From assembly GCA_000182565.2 (NCBI GenBank), contig KQ257455.1: a stretch of DNA of 64,000 bases; one strand, written 5' to 3'. The stretch's first letter is position 1. Each line of letters begins with the position of its first letter. Both the position numbers and the translations under genes were made by a program. This document shows positions 26,254 to 38,082 of the stretch, piece by piece. The notes beneath the pieces were generated by a model. It was not told where the DNA came from. It worked only from the letters and a program-made list of their open reading frames with translations, and ran no database searches. The stretch comes from Spizellomyces punctatus DAOM BR117. Taxonomy: Eukaryota.

Positions 26254-29167
26254 ATGTTCCATCCATATCAACGAAGTTCTGTTCGACGTTCGCCAATCAG
26301 TGCCCTCAACAGTGCAAGCGTTAAAGGAAACTCTGTCGTCGGTGGTCAACCTCCGTCTTCCACCGGAACTTTCCGTCCCGATAATTCATTTTCAGCAAGT
26401 CGATCCGGTTATGGCCACACGACACCGCAGACCGATGACATTTTTGGGGAGTTTAGCTCCTATATGAGCCGAAGGGAATTATTGAGGTCGGAAGGACGCA
26501 AGGTAAGAAGAGGTGCGACAGGAGCAGGGCTCTGTCTGCTATTATAGATCTACTGCTTTTTAATGATATGATGTTAAATATCACTGAATTAGGAGCAATT
26601 TGGGGCAAGCATGGCGTCGCGCGCGTCCTCCCCATTCAAGCGAAGCACCACAAGCACCGGCACCGCAGCATCTCTTGACCTTTACACAGGTAATATCCGT
26701 TGCTAAGAGGAGTCGGGATCTGTCTAGTTAAAATAATGCGTATAACATGTCATCTGGTGATTAGATCCCGAATTACTCAAGGCGCGAAAGGAGATAAGGG
26801 AATTGAAAGAAACGCGGCGAAAGTTAATTGACGAAAAGGCCAACCTTGAGCGAAAGGTACACGATTTGGAAAATAGCAACAATGAAAAGGAAGCCAAACT
26901 TCAAGCGACCGTACTTCGTGTTGATGTATGTGGACTTTGACAATTCTCAGCTATCTCAGAGATTCTGATTTTAACTCCCATATTTGCTGTAGCAACTAGA
27001 AGCGGACCGTCAGTTTCTGCTCAATCGAAGCAAAGACCTGGACAATCGATTAGAAGCAGCAGAAGAACATGCGATCACTGCAAAGGTACCATAGATGTCT
27101 GCCTGGGTCGAAATTAAAGAGAGTTCTGGTCTAACTCTTGATTTACAGAAAGAAGCCGAGTTATCTCAAAGTGCACTGCGTCGCGAACTTACAGAGTTGC
27201 AGGAAAAATTCTCTTTGGCGAGACGGGAAGCCAATGGACAGCTCCGCTTCAAAGAACAAGAAACAGAGTCCCTTGAGATAGAATGTGATACTCTATCCCA
27301 GCAATTAGCTGATTGTGAGAAGGAGGTAAGTGCGTCGATTTGGGTTAAGCGGCTGGAAACAATGTGCAAGACCTCATTGTTTGTGCAGCTGAGAAAACAG
27401 ATTGCAATGGTCAAGTTGGGAAGAGAACAATTAAGCCAAATGGAGCGGAAATACACTGAAGCAGAGAGTCTTATCATGAAACTGAAATCTAATGGGAATG
27501 CCCAGGACGAAATGGCGGTTCTGAAAAGAACACTAGATGGTGGGGGTATTTTTGTTTTTTATCGTCCAAATGTCGAAACCTGAAGCTCATATGAAACTAG
27601 AACAAATTGCACACGGCAAGTCACTCGAAGGACGACTTCAAGAACTAACGCAACAAAATCGGTATCTTCGTGACATGCAAGAAAACACGGAACGGCTCAA
27701 AGATGAGAAACAGGCACTACAAGAACAATTATCACGAATGCATCGATTGCGTGGACGAGTGGATGAACTGGAAGTTGAAATCTCCCAATTGCGAAGCGAA
27801 AAGGCTCGCTGGACCAAATTCCTGGACGAAAAAGACGAGACCGGGATTGATTCTCCGTATGCGCTCAGCAGAGCACTAGCGCAACAGCGCTTCGAACTGG
27901 CAGTCATAAAAGAAAGATTGGGCGAAGAAGAAGCGAAACGGACAGGACGGGAGAACTATATTTTACGCTTGGAGAATGAGGTTCGCCGAAACCAAATTTG
28001 TATTCAATTTCGCAAGGCTAACTTTTTTTGTCAACAGCTTCAGGAATGGATGCAAAAAGCCAAGGAAGCAGAAGATAAACGGCAGGCGGATGCAAAGACA
28101 TTAAAGCGCGTAGAGCGAGGGCGTGTCTTGGCACAAAAGGAAGTGGAGTTTCTGCGTAGCCAGCTCAAGAGCTACGATGTGGAGGAAGAGCATCTCATGA
28201 GTCAGAGTTACGATCAACAAAAGGCGCGGCGCATTTCACAACTTGAAGAAATGGTTGCCGAGTATCGACAGGAAGTGGTCAAGTTGGAAGAAGAACTGCG
28301 ACAGCCCCAAACTCTTCCAAGCCCAATGTCAAACACACGTGTTGTGGGGATCTATTCGCCCGAGGTGACTCAAAGAATAACAGAGCTAGAATTCACCATT
28401 GCGCAACTACGTAAAGAAAATGCCATGCTACAGAAAGAAGCCGAGTCCTTGGATATGCAGGTCGGCGAACTTCAAAGAGCCTTGGGTCGAGGAGAGTACG
28501 ATCCTGCAACAACCCGAATATTACAACTGGCCGATAATCCTGAAACCCGAGAAGCAGCCATCCGACAAAGTACTCTTGACGCATTAAGAGAGGAAAATCG
28601 CAAGTTGATGAGTCGAGTGGTGGAGCTCAATGGCGCTGTTGGAAAAGCGGGATCGAGTCTCGGACCTGGAATGGTCCCATTAGAGAGTGTACGGAGTTTG
28701 GAAGTTGAATGTAATCAGCTGAAGCAGGCTGTGGAGGAGAAGGAGAAACGGGTAGCGCGCTTGAAGGAGGTATATCAGGCAAAAGCGCAAGAGTATCGGG
28801 AAGCAGTTTATTCCTTGCTGGGTAAGTCACCATATTGAACGTCCCAACCTCGTCTATCCTCACTCAGTGCTCTTCCCAACTCTTTTGTCATTCAGGTTAC
28901 AAACTCGAAATTGAAATTGATGGTCGAGTTCGCCTTACTTCCATGTACGCTTCCCAAGACCAAGACCCAAGCTTTGTTTTTGCATCTGGTGAGAGCGATC
29001 AAGGTACAATGCAATTGGTGGGTGGTGCGGGAGACGCTGAAAAACGGATACGAGCTGCTGCGAGTTACTATGTCGAGCAGAAGGGCAGCGTTCCAGCTCT
29101 GCTCGCGGGAGTCACATTGGAGCTGTTTGAAAAGTCTAGGATGCAGGTTCAAGAGGCGGGTGGGTGA
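26254..29167 (+). CDS. MAD1: Spindle assembly checkpoint protein Mad1
   Basis: Long coiled coil, Mad2-binding region TRILQLADNP, RLKEVY motif, YREAVYSLLGY, and RWD-like C-terminus VRLTSMYA...SVPALLAGVTLELFE. Confidence 0.92.
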
Positions 29168-29225
29168 ATGCGTATGAGGATATGGGACGAATCCGAAAGG
29201 ATTTTGTACAGATTGCATTTTTCAA

Positions 29226-29251
29226 TTTTTTTTTTTTTGGGGGGGGGGGGG
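29226..29251. repeat. Adjacent T13/G13 homopolymer runs
   Basis: T-run directly followed by a G-run in the region between the convergent MAD1 and ATPase genes. Confidence 0.7.
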
Positions 29252-29571
29252 TTGTGTTGGAATTTGTATACATTGTTACTTTGATCATGGGGATATGCAG
29301 ATGATGAGGATGAGTGAGACTCGAGAGGGTTTGCTCATCAAATAGAAGTAAATAGATGCAAGTACCGGCTGGCTTTGTCGGATAATTTCAATTCTGCTGT
29401 GGGAAGAATGGCATGTTCCTCATGTGGCAAACAAAAAAGCTCGCATGTGAGACTGTATGTACAAACTTACAAATCGAAACATTTTATCATTCTCATTATC
29501 AATAAACCTTGCGCCATATCATGATAATTGTATCAATTGTCCTAAACATTACTATTTACCGTCCCCTTTTT

Positions 29572-32500
29572 CTACACCCTAACCTCTTCGTGCATCTCCG
29601 TGTATTCATCCGACCCACGCCCTCTCAATAAGGCATGTCGGCGATAACTTCTATATCCGAGTTTAACCAACTCCACCAACACGAACTGGATGACCAAGCA
29701 CGCCACAATGATCCCCCACCCAATTCCGCCAATATCCTCTAGACCGAGCCAGTCGTTGAAGCCAGGAACGTATGTACCGAGAATTACGCATCCCAAACTG
29801 AGGATGTAAGCCCCGACTAACCATTTATTACCCAATATACCCGTGCGGAAGATGGAATGAGAAATACTCCGCGAAAAGAAGGATTGTGTCAATTGCATGA
29901 TGGTGAGCGTCATGAATGCAAGAGATTGTTGGTATTGTAAGGTTGTTGGGCCATTGATGCCGTGATTACGAGCAATCATGTAGACTCCAAAGGTGATGCT
30001 ACTGAGCATCAGACCTTGGGCGAGAACGAGGAGAGAAGTAGGGAGAGTTAAGACGCCTTCGTTGAGTGGACGAGGTTTGCGGTCCATGATGTCGACCTCA
30101 TGAGGTTCAACTTCAAAATTAGGGTTAGTTTAGCACGGCCTGTGATACTACAGTAAAGTAGAAAATAAAGTACCTCCAAGGGACATCGCGGGGGGCACAT
30201 CGGCAATGATATTGGCCCAGAGAATCATAATGGTGGTGAAGGGGGCAGGAATATTACAAATCGTCGTTCTAAAACACGGAAATATTAGTGACGACACCGT
30301 CGTGGGCCAACTTAGTTCCACCTTGACTTACATCAAGAACAAGAAGATTTCGGCCGAGTTACAAGAAAGTAGGTACACCACAAACTTTTGAATATTATCA
30401 AAGACTCCACGACCTTCACGTACGGCCTCCACAATCGTCGAGAAATTATCATCTGCCAGAACAATGTCCGCAGCCTGCTTGGTAATTTCTGTTCCGCTAA
30501 TACCCATAGCAACACCGACGTCGGCTTGTTTGATAGCCGGGGCATCGTTCACACCATCACCAGTCATGGCGACAGAGTACCCTCTGCTTTGCAGGGCTTT
30601 GACAATCTTGAGCTTGTTGTCTGGACTCACACGGGCGAATACCACAGGGAATGGACGAAGAGCGGCAAGCTGTTCCTCTGAAAGAAGATCGATTTCGTAA
30701 CCTTTCATGGCACGGCTTTCGCTAGTTCTGTTGGGGTCCATAATACCAAGTTGTTTGGCGATGGCCGAAGCGGTGGCGACGTGGTCACCGGTGATCATAA
30801 CGACTTTAATACCCGCCCGTTTACATGTAGCTACGCTCTGCTTGACGCCTTCCTTGGCGGGATCGATCAAACCAATAAGACCAATGAATGTAAGCTTCTG
30901 TTCTGCAGCACTCTCCTTCTTCGCGTTGATGATTTCCTCGGCTTCCTGCGCAGTGACGTGACGCATTGCAAGAGCTAACACACGAAGACCACTGGACGCC
31001 ATAGTGGACGCTTTCTGAGAAACTAATTCGACAAACTGATCGCTGACAGGTTCGGGAGTCACGTTCTGAAGGAACTTAAAAAAGTCGCTCGTGTCGCTTG
31101 CAGGGGGTAGGTAATGGGTACTCTTCTGCAGTACACCTTCTGGGGCACCTTTAGTAAAAACAAACGTAGTACCCGCGGTAAACCTATTCGCCATGTCTTC
31201 TCCATCCGCCTGCTGATAGATGACGCTCATCAGTTTACGGTCACTGGGAAATAAAGGGTGAGTAAGCCTTCAGAGCAGAATCAGACAAACACTTGGTAGT
31301 TACCTGTCAAAAGCATACTCTCCGATCTTCTTAAGTCCGTTATCATGGAACCATTCTCTGGGAAACCCGACCTTCTGTGCCGCAATTATCATCGCCACCT
31401 CAGTCGGGTCTCCGATTGGCTTCCATGCACTAGTTTCCTCATCCCACACAATGTTGGAATTGTTACAGAGACTTGCAGCCATAGTACCCGCAAGTAAATG
31501 CGTTGGCATGCCTCCCAATGTTTTGGGAACATCCGTGGCATTAGCTCGGCTCTCCGAATCCAGCTTCGTATGCTGAACGGGGTTTACCAAAGCATCCGCC
31601 AGAGGGAGGTAGCCACATTTGCGGGCGTTACCCGCATTTGGATCCATGTTCGTTGATTGTGTAAACGTAAACAAGGCATTGTCACTGGTCCATAGCTCGG
31701 CCGTACCCATTTTCCCTTCGGTAAGGGTTCCTGTTTTGTCGGAACAAATGACATTCACCGATCCAAGAGTTTCAACTGACGGTAGCTTTCGAACAATGGC
31801 GTGACGTCTGGCCATTCGCACGACACCCAGCGCCATGGTGACCGTGACAACAGCTACCAAACCTTCAGGGATGACAGATACGGCCAAACTGACACCAATC
31901 TTGACCATCTCCACCGCGTCCCGCTTATACGCAATGCCAATGACGATGATCAACGCACAGAGAAAGATGGATAGACCGACAAGCCATTTTCCGAGCCTTG
32001 CGAGCTTGATTTGCAGAGATGTTTTCCGCTTGGGCGCCGCGGTGATTGCCGTACTAATCTTTCCAATTTCAGTGTTGTTACCGGTACGCACGACAATACC
32101 TTTCCCACGACCGCGACCAACGACAGTCGTCATGAAAGCGTTGCCCTTACACTCTCCAAGGGGTAACCTACGGGTCCGTTTGCGGATGGTGCGTACTCCC
32201 TTAGGGATGGCGAGTGCCTCACCGGTGAGGATAACTTCCACAATTTCCAGCTGTGCCACCTCGCAGAGACGAAGATCAGCCGGGACTGCATCTCCTTCCT
32301 CCAAAACGACAATGTCGCCCGGAACCAAGACAACGGAGTCGACAACTTCTTGTTTACCATCGCGAACGACAGTCGCTTTGGGAACGCTTAGGGACAGCAG
32401 GGCCTCAAGAGCCTTGTTGGCCTTGTACTCTTGTGTAAATCCAATTGTCACGTTCATGAAAACGACAACCAGTAGGACAATTCCAGCCTTATAATCCTGA

Positions 32501-33493
32501 GTGGCGAACTGAGCGACTGCCGCAGCTATAAGAATCAGCACCATGAAATCTGTGAATTGAGTCCATAACATGTAGAGAGCTGACTCCTTTGGTGGGGAAG
32601 GAAGCTGATTTGGTCCGTAGTGGTCAACCAATTGAGGAATGCGCGAGGAGGGCAATCCATTATTCAGGTCCGACCCGAACATTTGCGCCAAAGCTTCTGT
32701 ATTCTTATCGAAATATAATGCTATAGTGCGAGCAATCTTTTTTAATGACCCATAAACGGATCATCTTGCAGAACTACAGGGGCCAACATACCTTGCGGAG
32801 GGTAGACATCCTGAGCAGGAGGCATAGCTGGCCTCTCAAACTTCTCCTTGTACTCTTTCATAAGCTTTTCCACATCATCGTGTTCATCTTCCTTGACGAG
32901 TTCCTTCCAATCATGTTGCGGGAAGTGACGAAGCAACAAGGCCAAAACTCCGGCTGCATCCTCCCGCTCTTCCGCAGTGGAAAATGGTTGGCAACGACGA
33001 TGAAATTTTAAGCAGTGACGAAGATCTGTAGCAGATTTCTTGGCAACCGCTTCACGGAACTCTTCAACCTCTTCCAAGAACTCTCCAAACAGCACAAATG
33101 CTATATCGGCTTCTGGAGTGGGACGACGTCTAATGAGATTTCCCTCATTGTGGCCCATGTTTTGCAAGAGTCCTTCCAAGAGACGCTCCATGAGGGCTCC
33201 GTCGAGGTGCGGCATCTTGCCGCCCTTGATGCGGTACTCCATGACATACTTGAGCCCTTGGAGCACATCGTCGAGAGCGATGTCGGCATTGTCAACGGCA
33301 TCGACAAGATCTAGAACGTGGATGTCAAGTTGGTGTTCGATACTAGCTGTCGATTGGAGGAAAATGGTCGCATTGGTTGAGTTTGCTGCTCTCCGAGACT
33401 TGAATAACAGCACTATACGGGCTTACCACGACCGTCTAATTTGACAGATACAGAGCGTAGTTCTGCCTCAGAGCCATCCAAATGAGTTGCCAT
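29572..33493 (-). CDS. P-type II (P2A-like, probably Ca2+) cation ATPase with long N-terminal extension
   Basis: LVPGDIV, VPADLRL, LTGEA, VIPEGL, CSDKTGTLT, KGAPE, MITGDH, TGDGVNDAPA, SCNSAEI and WANIIADVPPA motifs. Confidence 0.93.
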
Positions 33494-34647
33494 TCAACGG
33501 AGAGTGGGAAAACCCTATATAAAAGAGGCAAATTGAGGATCCCATCCATTGTTCGAAACCAAGTTTTATCATCTTACTGTATAAAGGGTCCTTTTGGAAC
33601 AAAGAAGATGATGCGAGGACCTAGAAACGATTTCAAACGTTGTGAAATGCCCAATGAAAGAGCGACTGCAAACAGCCCTCAAGGGCTTTATCAGTGACGT
33701 TCCCCGCCAAGTGCACAGCCACATTCTACTAAACCTTATTTCAGGTTATAACCACGGTACGCAGTTTACGAGTGCCAAGAAGCCCTAGAGCTTAATCAAC
33801 GAGAGCGTAGAGTTTTGAACCAGCAGACTTTAGCAGAGTGGTTATCGTTGGCTGAAGAAGTACATAGCTGTCAACGATATGCTGTTAAAGGCTCTGCGAC
33901 AAAGTGGAAAGAGAAATAGAGCTTTGCGGGTGAAGATCCGAAGAAGGAGATATTGGGGTCGTCAAATCATTGATAACCACCAGTCTGCATCCCGCAAAAC
34001 ATGCCATAAAACATTACATATCCAAATCTACAAGTTCTTTCATTCGTATATGCCTGAATTGCAATATAGTACCTTTGCTTCGGAGAGAAATTGCCGTGTT
34101 GATATACCTGGACTTGCTGTCAAAAGTTGGCAAGTATGGACATGAACTTGTCAGCAAGCAAGGTCTGTTGCTTCCTACTTGTCACGCTCCCTTTACTGCC
34201 CCATACCAATGCAGGAACGGTTTGCGTATATCGGTGTAGCCTGCATGTATAATTCAATTGACAATCAACTAGCCGGATTTGCTTACGCTATGCTTATGCC
34301 AGCCACGGAGTTTTGGACGAGCTGGTCGTTACGACTGGGCGAGTGCTATGTGATGCTTAAGGGTAATAGGTACGGCTATCAAAGACAAAGCAGAATTCGA
34401 GAAAGAAAACATGATCCGGTGTACATACCTGTGCAAGCATACTACAGCGAACCCAATAACGTGAGCTCTTCAAAATAGTGAACAATAGGATGCAGGATAT
34501 AGCACATCATCCAACCCTGAAAAGAACGGGAGTCGGAATATATCCGGGATATCGGCGCGTCGAGTCAAGCGTCGTCCACTCTTTTGCAGTTTTCGTTTTC
34601 AGTTGTTGTTTTTTGACCAAGCTTTCAGCAGAGGTGTATTGCGAGCC

Positions 34648-35844
34648 ATGGGTATGAATGTCATTGGAGAATTGTCATAGGCTTCTAAGCAATCAATTCA
34701 TAAAGAGCAATACACTAATGGTACTGGTTATGTCCACAGGTGAAGGCCGTGCGTTTAATTCTCGTGGGCAAGGCATCTACACCTCAATTCAACAGGGTGT
34801 TGCCGTTTTGTTTTTTGTCGTAATGATCTTTTATGCCGGATTCCGTGGACATCGTGTTGTGACGCAGGTTCGTTATCATCACCCATAGTTTCTTGCTGGA
34901 TCAGACTAACCCTTGAATTATGCAGCTGCCGGCAACCTACCGCACAACGCAGGCACCTAAAAGCATGCCATACGAGTTCATGAACAATATGTTTCCCTCC
35001 AAAATCCCGTCGCCGACCTACGAATTCCCAGCATTGACTTTTTGTCCCCCCGAAAACAGGCCAGGCGTGGAAGTCAAGTTTATCAGCTGCTACAGTTCCA
35101 ACAACGTTGATGATGTGAAAAAGCCGCCTTGCGAGGCTTCGTACAACCGAGCATTGCAATTTGAGGGGCAGACACTCAACTGCATCACAGTCAATGACCC
35201 TGCAGATCCAAACAAAGTTGTCGTTGCATCGAGCACTGACCATGTCCTGGAAATTAGCATGCGCATTGTGGGTACTGCAGAAGGCAGCCCGGAGGGACTC
35301 CTGGTGACAGCCCACCCGCAGATTGGCAGGGACAAGAAACTGGAAGGTGTGGGATATGACAATTTTTTCGCAGCATCAGCATATACATCGACGGAAATTG
35401 TCGGTCGAAAGCTTTACACTATCGATATGAAAAAGAATGTTCAGGTGGACTATGAAATCAAGGCTTCCTCTATCCGTCTGAAAATGGACCCAGCTTTGTA
35501 TGCAAATGCCAGCGATTCAACGGGAGGTCTGTCTCCGGTGAAAATTGAGTTTAGATACCCAAAATTGGAGGTAACATATGAAAAGAGCTTCCTTGTGTTG
35601 GACATGGTAAGCTTTGATTTTCGTCCGCAAGTATCTTTTATTGCGATACATCCTGATGTTTTCTCTGCTTTACACCCTGCCACCAAAGAACAATTGGCTC
35701 GGCGAAGTCGGCGGTGTAGCTTGCCTTCTCTTCTTCCTGCACCGAGCCTTTATGGCTGCTGTTGAATTCTTTCTCAAACGATCGGATAGTTTTGCGTACA
35801 CCGATTTGGGCAAAATTAGAGAGGAAGGTTTTGCACATTATTGA
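34648..35844 (+). CDS. Two-TM membrane protein with large extracellular loop (DEG/ENaC/PAC-like motifs)
   Basis: Exons 34648-34651, 34740-34867, 34927-35606 and 35689-35844 join in frame. TM1 is VAVLFFVVMIFYAGF, followed by FPALTFC; TM2 region is NNWLGEVGGVACLLFFL. Confidence 0.75.
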
Positions 35845-36260
35845 AAAAGCACATGGCTAGAAGATATTAGGTAGTCCAAGTCCGCTTCATTGTTATGCTG
35901 GAAAAGAGAAGTCGTATAGGGTATGGTATGTTTGGCAGCTTTTGCCCTCCAAATATACATCGTCCAGTGGGCATTATTGGTACATGTGCAGGAATACTTG
36001 AGACCACAGGTCATTTTGACTGTTTTTGACTTCATGGTAGGATGCTCTAAGTAAAATGCTACAAGTGCACATTTCAGATGTACCCCTTTTTTTTCGAACA
36101 AAGCTATGAATTACAGCTGGGAACATATTGCTAGATCTGTCTACTAACTGTTACTGGCTTCACGCTGACCACAGGTCAGAAAACTATCTATGATACATTA
36201 ACTACAGTTCATGACTAATTCTGTGCGACAAGTCGGTACTAATTGGCGTGTTGGAAACCG

Positions 36261-37643
36261 TTAAGAAACAAATGGGTTCCCGTCTTGCACATCGACGATC
36301 GGCGCCGTCTCTCTCTCACCCATGTCGCTAGTCAAGGGTGAAACTGGCACTGTCCATCAATGTTCTTTGACGTTAGACACGTTTGATAGTACCCTCTTCC
36401 GATGGTCGACTCACCATTGGTCGATCTGCGCCGTTTGCGGCCTGATGAATCTCCACTGGCTTGAGTCTTGTCAACATTGCTGACTTGTCTTTTTGAGCTG
36501 GAGCTCTTTGCAGACGTTACTTTGACCGACGATTTTGCGCTGCTATTTGCTGAACGAGTAACTCGTGTACTACCAGGGTCTGAGGCTGGGAAAGTAATAT
36601 TAGAGCGACGTGTCCCTCACAGCTAGAGAATGAAAGCAAAAAACGACGGCTTACCGCGTGATCTTCTGCGTTTCGCCGAACCGTGTGTAGCGGGCGGTAT
36701 GTTCTCCTCCTGTTGCTCCTCTTGCCCATATCCCTCTTCTTCTTGGCACGCGCCATGTAAGTCATCAAAATCGCTTTCATCACTACATCCTTCGATGTGT
36801 GCATCATCATCCCCGTTGTCACGATACTTGAGGGCATTGAATTTTTGCTGCTGAGCACTGTCGCCCTTCTTGCCAGTGCGGGGCGTCGGCAATTCATATC
36901 CCTCTTCATCGCTCTCGATAGATGCCACCAACTCGTCCAAAAGTTTTCGGGCAGACCGCGCTGGTGTTTGCTGTTGTCTTGTGATAACATGTCTTTTAGA
37001 AGGGAGACCAAAAGTCGAACCTCTGAGGATTACAGCTTACAAGAATTTTTGACGTTCAAGCACTTTGATGGTGGCCATACCGTCCGGTCCAATGATATCA
37101 GCCCACACCTTCCAGTCGATGAGACTCACTTGTGCAGTGTTGAGATACAAAGCATGTTCATCGGAGATTGTTTCGTATCCAAGCGCACCCCTAACCATGC
37201 CTTTAAATTCTTCTTCCGAAACACACCACTTGTTGCGTCCTACAAGGTGTCGGTAAAATTTGTAGGCTCTGTCCAAAGGGCCCATGCTACAGTTTAATGT
37301 TCAGGATTGGGTTAGGTGGGTATTGGTGATTTGGAATGGCTCCTGCGTACACAGAATCTGACTGACGGTCTCCAGGAGATTCTCGCTCCGCTCACCTTTT
37401 CCCAATAAATGTATGCCTTGCACCAAAGACGCGTTGATAGATGGGTTGATTGTCGATGCGGGTGGCCAAAACAAATGGAAGTGTGCGAGATCGGACGACC
37501 TTGGAGTTTAAGTCATGATAGTAATGTCGATACGTGATGGTGTAGTGAATTTGTTCCAGGTTTCCAGAAATGACAATCTGCTCCGTAAAGGGGCCATGGG
37601 TAGGCGTTCTCGAGCCCTTGGTTGGGGAGGTTGTCCCAAACAT
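36261..37643 (-). CDS. Uncharacterised protein (folded N-terminus, acidic/Ser-rich C-terminus, basic NLS-like motifs)
   Basis: ORFs 37392-37643, 37037-37285 and 36623-36940 plus two downstream exons are flanked by GT-AG sites. KRRRS motifs occur twice. Confidence 0.6.
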
Positions 37644-38082
37644 GACGATGAATCTAGAGACCGCAGTTACAGTGCAATCTGAACGATTGGTCCAGTTGCG
37701 TCAACAATGCTCCTGTGCACTCCTGTCCGCTCCAGAGAGTGGGGTTTTAGGAAGGAGACCCAATCAACGTCGGGGAGTATTCCAAGCAAGTTACAAAAAG
37801 AGGAGTGGAAAAGGTTCACCAAACGGCCGTCGAGCAACTCTGGACGTGGTCCGAAACTCAAGTGGATCGAATGTCGAACCACGACAACGAGTTTCGGACA
37901 AACGCGTTCGGACAGACAGGGACATTAAAAAAAAGGATACAGGACACATGCGGATGAAGTTCAGGAATGGTTTTCAAAGGGCCATTAATGTACAAGTGAC
38001 AGAAGAAAAGATCATGTAACAGAAAAGTTGCAAAAGGGGACGGCAGGTAAGGTAAACTATAAGTCCTGCCAGTTGAAAATCC

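Noticed and set aside
29226-29251. T13G13 run as a regulatory or G-quadruplex element
   Set aside because: A simple homopolymer that may be a sequencing artefact. Nothing supports a function.
31835-32494. Long antisense ORFs (e.g. 31835-32494 +, 42871-43536 -, 1021-1392 -)
   Set aside because: They are shadows of real genes on the opposite strand, with no independent motifs.
29572-33493. Calling the P-type ATPase an ENA-type Na+ pump
   Set aside because: The TM4-TM6 motifs (IPEGL, CNSAE, NIIAD) resemble Ca2+-type P2A pumps rather than ENA.
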